Shown here piece after piece: positions 24,967-31,989 of a stretch of 31,989 bases of DNA (positions are counted from its first letter, which is position 1; every line of letters starts with the position of its first letter). This DNA is from a virus (lineage: Duplodnaviria > Caudoviricetes), in IMG/VR virus record IMGVR_UViG_3300020269_000025, positions 1 to 31,989 of that record; one strand, written 5' to 3'. The translations under genes were made by a program, and so were the position numbers. The notes beneath the pieces are model-generated. The model saw nothing but the letters and a program-made list of their open reading frames with translations, was not told the DNA's origin and made no database searches.

Positions 24967-26545
24967 ATAAATCTGGTCTAAATTTCTTTAGTGCTTTTAC
25001 AGCTTCTGCTCTACCGTTAGTTTGTTTTATTTTTTTAAGCATTTCACTATTATCTATAATAGCATCTTCCCAGTTATATCCACCTTTAGTAGCAGGATTA
25101 GAAACTATATTGCCGCTTTGATTAGGAACCATAACTTCAGGACCTTCTTCTCCAACAATATAAGGTTTACCAGCTTGTACTGGTCCACCTTTTGCTCTTT
25201 GAACAGTATTCAAAACTCCAATTTGAAATTTAGAACCACCTAACCATTGCCACATACTACTATTTTCATGAATATTATTATTGCTATAAACTAATTTTTC
25301 AGCTTCTAAATAATCTGATCTAATAGGTGTTTTTCTATCATTTGCAGCAGCTAATTTAATAGCTTGAGATTTAATTTGTTCATGCAATAGTTCTTCAATA
25401 TTTTCTTGATCTTCACGATTTGTAAAGAATTTAAACATTTTAGACTTACTAATTGTAGATTTATGATTAGCTTCATAATCAGACTCAACTCTAAGCAGTT
25501 CTTTCTCATCCACCATTGCAAACCATCGGTCAGGTCCACCACGCTTCATTGCATTTTTTTCAGCATTAGTAGCATCCATTGCATCTACTGTATCAAACCA
25601 ATCTTGATTTATTTCTCTAGCATCTTTTTGATTCATCATATTGATTTCTGCAACTTTCATATCAATTACATCCATTTTTAAATCATTTGATAAACCTTCA
25701 TTAGTTAATGCAAGATTTTCCATTTGCAGTTTTTGCATTTGAGGTAGTGCTGCATATGTAGCTTCAGCAACTTTTATTTCTATGTTACCTTTATCTATAT
25801 CTTGGAATCCTTTAGTAACTTGTTGTTCAACTAATTCTGCCTTACCATCTTTAGTTATTTCAAAGAATTCATTAGCTTGTTTTTGAGCTTCATTGCTTAA
25901 TCCCATGCTTTCAAATTGTAATCTTATTCTTTCAGTTACAGAGTCAGCTTCTGCTGTAGCTATTGTTGCACCAGCTTCAGCTGTTTTTAAATCTATTTTT
26001 CTCTTAACAGCAGAATCCAAAGCTTCAGATATAGTACCATCTCTGTTCATGCTTAATCTTTTATTTTGCTGTCTTAGCTCCTGATTAGTCATAAAAGCTT
26101 GTGTAGCTGTCATAGATGGAGCAAGTGCTTCTTGAATACCTTTACCTTGTGCTGCTTGACCCATTAAATTTAATCCCATCATAAATGCAGGATTATTCAT
26201 CAACTCATTCATCTTACCTTTAGGTGCTAGTTTACTATCTTTAAAAGCTTCTTCACCTAGAACCATAGCCATAGCTGCATTTGGATCACCAGCAGCATAA
26301 GCATCTCTAAATTTTACAGGATCAAATATTTGTTCACCTGCATCATTTGTACTCATAAACCCTTGTACATCAAAGAAACCATTATCTGCTATTTGTCCTT
26401 GTTGTCTAAACCAATCTGCAAGAAAGTCTTGTCTAGTAACATTTTGAGTTTGAGGCATCATTGCATTTTGAAAGCCTTGATTCATATTACCAAATATATT
26501 TGTAAATCCCTGATACCAAGGATGATTAGTTCCATCATGTGCCAT
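24959..26545 (-). CDS. Internal virion / ejection protein with tape-measure-type C-terminal motif
   Basis: 528 aa, helical; RAKGGPVQAGKPYIVGEEGPEVMVPNQSGNIVSN. Confidence 0.65.
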   Translation of the reverse strand: MAHDGTNHPWYQGFTNIFGNMNQGFQNAMMPQTQNVTRQDFLADWFRQQGQIADNGFFDVQGFMSTNDAGEQIFDPVKFRDAYAAGDPNAAMAMVLGEEAFKDSKLAPKGKMNELMNNPAFMMGLNLMGQAAQGKGIQEALAPSMTATQAFMTNQELRQQNKRLSMNRDGTISEALDSAVKRKIDLKTAEAGATIATAEADSVTERIRLQFESMGLSNEAQKQANEFFEITKDGKAELVEQQVTKGFQDIDKGNIEIKVAEATYAALPQMQKLQMENLALTNEGLSNDLKMDVIDMKVAEINMMNQKDAREINQDWFDTVDAMDATNAEKNAMKRGGPDRWFAMVDEKELLRVESDYEANHKSTISKSKMFKFFTNREDQENIEELLHEQIKSQAIKLAAANDRKTPIRSDYLEAEKLVYSNNNIHENSSMWQWLGGSKFQIGVLNTVQRAKGGPVQAGKPYIVGEEGPEVMVPNQSGNIVSNPATKGGYNWEDAIIDNSEMLKKIKQTNGRAEAVKALKKFRPDLYV

Positions 26546-27624
26546 TAAGCAATCCTCCTAAATTCTACATCTATTTTACTGTAATCAACAAGATCATAAC
26601 CATGTTCGTTTTCATAAGCAGCATATGGTACTTCATCTGCCATTACACCTTCGTAAATGTCATCTGATCCTTTATACTTAAACTGGTATATATTAATACC
26701 TGATGGTGATTTACCAACTACTCTATAAGATTCTTTTAATCTACGATCACTAAAGAATCCTAGTGCTGCACCACCCATAGCACCCATCATAGGGTTGCCA
26801 GGGAACATAGCAGCTCCTGACATAGCTCCACCTAAAGCTCCTGTAAGAGCATTATATCTAGGTACAGGTTGTGTCATAGTTGTCATTGGAAATTGTCCTG
26901 CAATAGGAAGTATAGTACCAGCATATTGTTGTAATCTTTGATATGGAGCCATTTGTTCAAACTGATATCTTTGTAGATCTTCTTGTAAATACTGACCAGC
27001 ATAGCCTTCTCTTTGTTGTCCTACATTACCAAGTAAGTTAGTACCCATCATAGCTCTTTGATCCATAGCTTGTTGAATGCCAGGTAACATACCAGCAGCT
27101 TGTAGCTGTTGAGCTTGTCCTAATGCATTAGCTTGTTGTTGTCTGCCAAGTTCAGCTTCTCTAAATTGTAATGCTGTTGGTACATAAGCTCTACTAAACT
27201 GGTTAGCAACAGCAGCTTGGGCTTGAGGCGAAGCTCCAGTTCTGCCCATACCAGCAAATTGATCTTGTACACTTTCCATAGCTTGACTAGCTAGTACATC
27301 TCTATAATCTGCTAATGATTGCCCACCAGCAAATGTAGATGGTGCTAAACCACCAGCATATCCAGACATAATATCAGCAGATTGGCTATATAATGGAGAT
27401 CCCCCCATCATTCCATAACCTAAATTTTCCTGACCAGCTAATGATGCTTGTGTTTGTCCTGACATAGGAACAACAGTAGAACCAGGATAGTATTGCATAC
27501 CAGTTCCTGATGCATAGAGGTTTGCAGCCTCATTCATTATATCCTGTAAATAGGGTTCGGAAGGACCGTATGGTTCCGCCTTAGTCGTTGTTTCTTTGGT
27601 ATCGTTACCGCCGCCTCTAGACAT
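26545..27624 (-). CDS. Pilot/ejection protein with C-terminal peptidase S74-like chaperone domain
   Basis: Gln/Gly/Ala/Met-rich body, Gly-zipper segment, then SDRRLKE..GINIYQFKY..GVMADEV..VDYSKI. Confidence 0.75.
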   Translation of the reverse strand: MSRGGGNDTKETTTKAEPYGPSEPYLQDIMNEAANLYASGTGMQYYPGSTVVPMSGQTQASLAGQENLGYGMMGGSPLYSQSADIMSGYAGGLAPSTFAGGQSLADYRDVLASQAMESVQDQFAGMGRTGASPQAQAAVANQFSRAYVPTALQFREAELGRQQQANALGQAQQLQAAGMLPGIQQAMDQRAMMGTNLLGNVGQQREGYAGQYLQEDLQRYQFEQMAPYQRLQQYAGTILPIAGQFPMTTMTQPVPRYNALTGALGGAMSGAAMFPGNPMMGAMGGAALGFFSDRRLKESYRVVGKSPSGINIYQFKYKGSDDIYEGVMADEVPYAAYENEHGYDLVDYSKIDVEFRRIA

Positions 27625-27625
27625 A

Positions 27626-28051
27626 TTATAACTTCCTCTCTAAATATACATGAGTTTTCTTAAAATTAAAACGCTTTAGTACTCGTTCCCATCCTGGGCG
27701 AGCTACAGCTTCAAAATGAGTACAGTTTCTGGATTTAGCAAATTCTGCTAACTTATCTAAGTTATGTACCCAGTCTTTCATATTACGACCTGTCATAATA
27801 AAAATACTAAATGTTTTACTATTTGGTCTTACAATGATTTCAGTAACACAAGTTGCATAGTGTGCATCATCTTTTGGTTTAGTATTATCCCAACCAATCC
27901 AAAGTTGCATTTCACCTTTTGCACATTTATCTTGTATGTCACTTGAGTTATAATGATTGCCTGATCTTTCTAACGCATTAGAAATATGTTGATCAACAAG
28001 ATTCCAACAATCATTAATATTTTCGCTTGGAATATATACAGCTTCAATCAT
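27626..28051 (-). CDS. GNAT-fold-like virion assembly protein
   Basis: QLWIG..CVTEI..GRNMKDW..FAKSRNC..ARPGWERVL; usual position before ejection genes. Confidence 0.65.
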   Translation of the reverse strand: MIEAVYIPSENINDCWNLVDQHISNALERSGNHYNSSDIQDKCAKGEMQLWIGWDNTKPKDDAHYATCVTEIIVRPNSKTFSIFIMTGRNMKDWVHNLDKLAEFAKSRNCTHFEAVARPGWERVLKRFNFKKTHVYLERKL

Positions 28052-28365
28052 GAAACCTCCAGATAACTCATAACTAAATGTAATCTGTCAGCAGTTGCAG
28101 CTGTTATTTTTAAAGTATCTCCATGTTGTAAAACTAATGGATGTGTTAACAATTCAGTTGTTCCGTTTGATGCTATTGTTCCACCATTAAATATATTAAA
28201 TGTGTCTGCACCATTTACAATTTTCATTAGAAAATTACTACCGCCTCCATCATCAGATAGAAGCATAGATTTAATTATAGCAGTTGTATTAGTAGCTGGG
28301 GCTAGTATATCAACAGCATTTGTAGAATTAAAATCTACTTTCTTATTCTTGTATGCATGAGCCAT
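28048..28365 (-). CDS. Small beta-rich putative structural protein
   Basis: 105 aa; PLVLQHGDTLKITA..LHLVMSYLE. Confidence 0.7.
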   Translation of the reverse strand: MAHAYKNKKVDFNSTNAVDILAPATNTTAIIKSMLLSDDGGGSNFLMKIVNGADTFNIFNGGTIASNGTTELLTHPLVLQHGDTLKITAATADRLHLVMSYLEVS

Positions 28366-28495
28366 TTTCTTCCTCTTTCAGATTTTTCCAAAATTCATCT
28401 AGTGCATTGTGTTCACAGTTTAAACAATTACATACTGAACATTGACCACCATTACCACAATGACAGTTATGATCACAATTTATGCAAGAAACCAA
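28343..28495 (-). CDS. 50-aa Cys/His-rich metallothionein-like peptide, not in ORF track
   Basis: TTG start after GAGG; MVSCINCDHNCHCGNGGQCSVCNCLNCEHNALDEFWKNLKEEENGSCIQE. Confidence 0.68.
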   Translation of the reverse strand: MVSCINCDHNCHCGNGGQCSVCNCLNCEHNALDEFWKNLKEEENGSCIQE

Positions 28496-28623
28496 GTTGC
28501 AACCTCTGCATTTTGTTGGTTTTGTATATTAACTAAAGTATTAACTATATCTTCAGATACTAACTGAAAGTTTTCTTGATTAGTATCTTGATATATATAA
28601 TCTAAGTTTCTTTGTTCAGCCAT
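28480..28623 (-). CDS. 47-aa hypothetical protein, not in ORF track
   Basis: MAEQRNLDYIYQDTNQENFQLVSEDIVNTLVNIQNQQNAEVATWFLA; TAATG coupling. Confidence 0.72.
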   Translation of the reverse strand: MAEQRNLDYIYQDTNQENFQLVSEDIVNTLVNIQNQQNAEVATWFLA

Positions 28624-29255
28624 TACGCTAGTCCATTACCCATTCCACCAAAGTTACCAGTTCCTGGTCCACCTGATGTTCCAACACCTCCAGATCCAGA
28701 TTGTCCTGAGTTTCCTCCACCTTCATCTGCTCCAGCACCATAACCTTGAAATCCATATCCTCTGTCATCTTCTGATCCTGGTCTACCAACTTCTCCATCA
28801 TTTTGACCGTTACCACCTGGTCTACCTTCACCGCCACCGCCTCTCCCTACCATACGATTAGCAGCTTCCTGAAATTTGTTAGCTTCTTGTTGTTTTAGAG
28901 CATCTTGTATTTTAGATAGGTCTGTTTGTGGTCTATAATAAATATATGGACTTACAATCTCACTAGAGCTTGTAGGCATTCTACCTAATGTATCCATATA
29001 AGATTGAGTCGTACCGTATTGTTGTCCAGCTCCTGCTGGTAAATTATACACAGGCTGTCCTGTTGCACCTGACATAAGAGTATTGCCTTCAAAATAGTTA
29101 GCTACTGGACCCATAGCACCTGATGGTTGCGAGAAGGTCATTCCACCTATTCTTCCTAATAATGAATTATAATGATTCATTTGTGGATTAATTGGTGTAT
29201 AACCTGTGTTATATGCACCCAATAAACCCATACCTTGTCCTGGTTGTAACAACAT
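28623..29255 (-). CDS. Low-complexity Gly-rich putative virion protein
   Basis: 210 aa; TAATG-coupled on both sides; Gly-rich C-terminal third. Confidence 0.7.
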   Translation of the reverse strand: MLLQPGQGMGLLGAYNTGYTPINPQMNHYNSLLGRIGGMTFSQPSGAMGPVANYFEGNTLMSGATGQPVYNLPAGAGQQYGTTQSYMDTLGRMPTSSSEIVSPYIYYRPQTDLSKIQDALKQQEANKFQEAANRMVGRGGGGEGRPGGNGQNDGEVGRPGSEDDRGYGFQGYGAGADEGGGNSGQSGSGGVGTSGGPGTGNFGGMGNGLA

Positions 29256-30712
29256 TATCTATAACCTTCCTGTATTGCTTCTACATCTAATCCTTGTGCA
29301 TCTGACCAAGTAGTTGCACTAGGGATGTTTAGTTGAATTTTAAAATATCTAGCAGACCTGTGAAAAGGTATCATGCCAGTTGGATGCATTGTAAATGGTC
29401 CATCAGTAGTAGAGGTACTAGCAACCTTTTCTCTGTGTAGTAAAAATCCTCTAGCAGCATCTGTGTCTACTATTGGTCTGCATCCTGTAACCAATGCTCT
29501 CATATTTGGAGCTATCTCAGACTCTCCAGTTTGTAATGTGGCTTCTAAATTATCTCCACTAAAATCACCTAAGAAGTGAGATGTATCAAATACTTTCAAA
29601 GATGGAAGTCCACCACTATATCCAGCAGAATCAAATGATACTGTTAAGTTATCAATATTTGTACCTGCAAGAGAGTCCAATTGTTCTAGTGTTGCACCTT
29701 GAGATAGTGCATTAAAAATTAATTCGTGATTCAGTTCTACCAATGACCATCTGTTACTTTCATAATGATATATAATCATTTTATCATTAAACTGTGTATT
29801 AACTGGTACATTAACGGATGGATATGACCATATAATTAATTTATTATCAGGGTCGTGTGTAGCTCTAATTCTTTCTCTCAAATCTAATTTAACATCACTA
29901 GCAAAAAATCTATCTACTTTACCATTTCCTATAGCTTTAGATGAGTTTCCATCAGTAACATAAAACCCATCAGCAGAATAAAAATATACTACATTACCAA
30001 CTTTAATAACTGATTTGCCTTGCACAGCTCCTCTGTTATCTTCAATTCTTCTAAAAGAAAATACTATAGCACCACCACGATAGTCCATACGAGTAATTCT
30101 ATTTTCTTGAAATATTAATCCATATTGTCCACCAGTGATTCCTGTAATAACACCGCCTTCTGGTAAATCTTCTATATCAGCTAAATTTAATCCTGCTGTC
30201 CAAGAAGTAACATCATTTACAGCTGACCACTGTACTCTGTTTTGAAATGTACCCTGAAATCCAGTTACAACAAAATTATTTACAACAGCTGCGTGTCTAA
30301 AAGATGGAGAGTTAGGTATAGCAGCAAAGTTAGTTGATGTACCCATAGTAAATTTTTGTGGAGGTTCATTACCATTAAAAGCGATAATTTCTTCTCCAAA
30401 CTTAATAAAATCCCAATAGTTATCAAGTGTAGTTACAAATGTTTGTCCACCACTAACATCATTAAATATATTATTTTGTAATCTATATAATTTGTCTGCT
30501 TTACCAGAAAATATATATGATGTACCACCATCATCTTTAAATGCAGCAGCTCCATGTACTCTTGCAGCAATTGCAGATATATTTGGTTGTTGTTGTATTG
30601 CTTTCCAAGGTCTATAACTGTTTACAGCTGGATATACATTTTTAGCTATTGTTGCTCCAGGATTAAGGTGATCAGGTAAATCAGGCAGCCATTCTGCAAA
30701 AGGAACTTGCAT
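29255..30712 (-). CDS. Tail tubular/nozzle (P22 gp10-like stabilisation) protein
   Basis: 485 aa, beta-rich; PFAEWLPD start, RVQWSA..W, IGNGKVDRFF; follows the adaptor. Confidence 0.8.
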   Translation of the reverse strand: MQVPFAEWLPDLPDHLNPGATIAKNVYPAVNSYRPWKAIQQQPNISAIAARVHGAAAFKDDGGTSYIFSGKADKLYRLQNNIFNDVSGGQTFVTTLDNYWDFIKFGEEIIAFNGNEPPQKFTMGTSTNFAAIPNSPSFRHAAVVNNFVVTGFQGTFQNRVQWSAVNDVTSWTAGLNLADIEDLPEGGVITGITGGQYGLIFQENRITRMDYRGGAIVFSFRRIEDNRGAVQGKSVIKVGNVVYFYSADGFYVTDGNSSKAIGNGKVDRFFASDVKLDLRERIRATHDPDNKLIIWSYPSVNVPVNTQFNDKMIIYHYESNRWSLVELNHELIFNALSQGATLEQLDSLAGTNIDNLTVSFDSAGYSGGLPSLKVFDTSHFLGDFSGDNLEATLQTGESEIAPNMRALVTGCRPIVDTDAARGFLLHREKVASTSTTDGPFTMHPTGMIPFHRSARYFKIQLNIPSATTWSDAQGLDVEAIQEGYR

Positions 30713-31356
30713 TAGTTTATGTTATCTAAATTGTTAAGATTAATATCTGTTCTTTGAACCAATGGTGTAGCATTATAAGATTCTTTATCATTATGTTCTC
30801 TAATAAGATTAATGCCATTCATAAATTGTTCTTTCCATTGAGTTACTACATTTGGATCTACACCTCTAATAAAATTAGATGCATGATACAATGCTCCATA
30901 CAAAAGAACATTTGGATGATTAGTAAGTATAAAATTACTAGTATTACTATCAGATAAAGCATCAAAAGCTTTATAATATGTTAATGTAGCTGTATGTGTA
31001 CCTGATGGTAAAGGACTAAATCTAAAATTAGATCCTTCAATACTATAAGCTCTAGGAACACCACTAGTACTAGATCCTTGTGTTTGATGTTGTTGATACG
31101 GAGTTATAAACTGTAATGGTTGTTTTTTAGTACCATTAATAAAAAAACTTCTTACTCCTAAAAATCCTGTGGGTAGAGCTTCTGTCTCTGCATCTATAGT
31201 AAAACTAATTGTAGTTTCCATAGGTCTAATTCTAAGCTCTCTATTTATTTCAGATTCAGCCAGTGCTATAAAATCTATAATTTCTGTACCCAAATCTGAT
31301 CTAGCTAAAAAGTTAGCAATGGATGCTTGTAATCCTGAATAAGTATTTAATGCCAT
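30712..31356 (-). CDS. Head-tail adaptor protein
   Basis: TYSGLQASIANFLARSDL..FIALAE..RELR..LPTGFL..HPNVLLYGAL. Confidence 0.82.
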   Translation of the reverse strand: MALNTYSGLQASIANFLARSDLGTEIIDFIALAESEINRELRIRPMETTISFTIDAETEALPTGFLGVRSFFINGTKKQPLQFITPYQQHQTQGSSTSGVPRAYSIEGSNFRFSPLPSGTHTATLTYYKAFDALSDSNTSNFILTNHPNVLLYGALYHASNFIRGVDPNVVTQWKEQFMNGINLIREHNDKESYNATPLVQRTDINLNNLDNIN

Positions 31357-31661
31357 TATAATCCCTTACTTCCTACTTTAAAATTTTGGAACTCATTACT
31401 ATTTATCATAGACTTAATGATCTCCATTTGTTGGTCCTTGTGTAATTTATACCAATTGCTATGTCCGTGTCTTTTTTTAGTCTGTATTTGTAAAGCAATT
31501 AGTGGTATCTGTGCTATTCGCTGAAAGTCTCCTCTTTGAGCTTCTGGAACATGATTCCTAAATATTTTATTTTGCTCCATTACAGGAGTAGTATCTTGTA
31601 CTTTTTCTATAACAATTTTACGTTCTGCTCTATCAAGAGTAATTTTATCTTCTATTGGCAT
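31356..31661 (-). CDS. Conserved hypothetical protein upstream of adaptor
   Basis: QDTTPVMEQNK..RIAQIP..INSNEF pattern. Confidence 0.72.
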   Translation of the reverse strand: MPIEDKITLDRAERKIVIEKVQDTTPVMEQNKIFRNHVPEAQRGDFQRIAQIPLIALQIQTKKRHGHSNWYKLHKDQQMEIIKSMINSNEFQNFKVGSKGL

Positions 31662-31678
31662 TTAACTTTCCTATACAT

Positions 31679-31987
31679 TTATTTATAATATTGAACTATT
31701 TTGCAAGGTTCATCATTGCTGTTTGTAACATCAATAGACTCTGATGATAGATTTCTTACAGACCATTTTTCCAATACTGTCTCACCAATAGAAACTTCTT
31801 TACAGAAAACCATATAACAATTTGTACTTTCTGGTCTGTCTAAAGATTTTGTTGTACCAGCAGGAATGTCTATGTTTCTGATATTCCATCCTGACCAATC
31901 TTCCATCTTTCGAGAACAGCAAAGTATTTCACTATTATCACTATCAAGTGTCAACTTAATCTCTGGTGTCTTTAATAAATAAGCAAC
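31679..31987 (-). CDS. Hypothetical protein, 5'-truncated by the window edge
   Basis: Frame stays open to the end of the window (VAYLLKTPEIKLTLDSD...), so TTG 31954 is probably not the start. Confidence 0.65.
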   Translation of the reverse strand, partial: VAYLLKTPEIKLTLDSDNSEILCCSRKMEDWSGWNIRNIDIPAGTTKSLDRPESTNCYMVFCKEVSIGETVLEKWSVRNLSSESIDVTNSNDEPCKIVQYYK

Positions 31988-31989
31988 AG

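Noticed and set aside
17828-30957. Short antisense or nested ORFs across the lysis and tail region (e.g. 17828, 18282, 19555, 20448, 21905, 22397, 23708, 25022, 25351, 25406, 25893, 26330, 27764, 28628, 28676, 29373, 30754)
   Set aside because: Shadows of long structural genes; 28628 is an alternate frame of the Gly-rich tract
1-31989. Prophage with att sites, or alternative genetic code
   Set aside because: No integrase or host genes visible; genes tile densely under the standard code using TAA, TAG and TGA stops

Overview
Most of a low-GC, podovirus-type tailed phage genome. It is probably marine with an alphaproteobacterial (SAR11-like) host, which is inferred from composition and gene families only. 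Gene order looks circularly permuted: the window opens just after the major capsid gene and closes in genes that normally follow it. Minus-strand late block 1 (47-7997) holds capsid, scaffold, portal, both terminase subunits and about eleven micro-ORFs, most Lys/Arg-rich and six missed by the ORF track. A hairpin-rich divergent control region lies at 7998-8344. The plus-strand early block (8345-17077) has ParB-like DGQHR, DUF3846-like, MerR-like, PD-(D/E)xK exonuclease and SSB-like genes, interrupted by an inverted DUF6456 (GafA-like)/HNH-like/HExxH cassette. I recognise no DNA polymerase, primase, helicase or integrase. Minus-strand late block 2 (17439-31989) holds adaptor, tail stabiliser, ejection proteins, tail fibre, a phosphoesterase-DUF3310-TSCPD-like trio, endolysin and holin. 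The most striking unexplained feature is a ~360-nt non-coding stretch (17077-17437) where early and late transcription converge. It reads as three, probably four, tandem RNA units with a shared pseudoknot topology and unit-specific loop-loop pairings. All family calls are by-eye motif recognition, not database searches.
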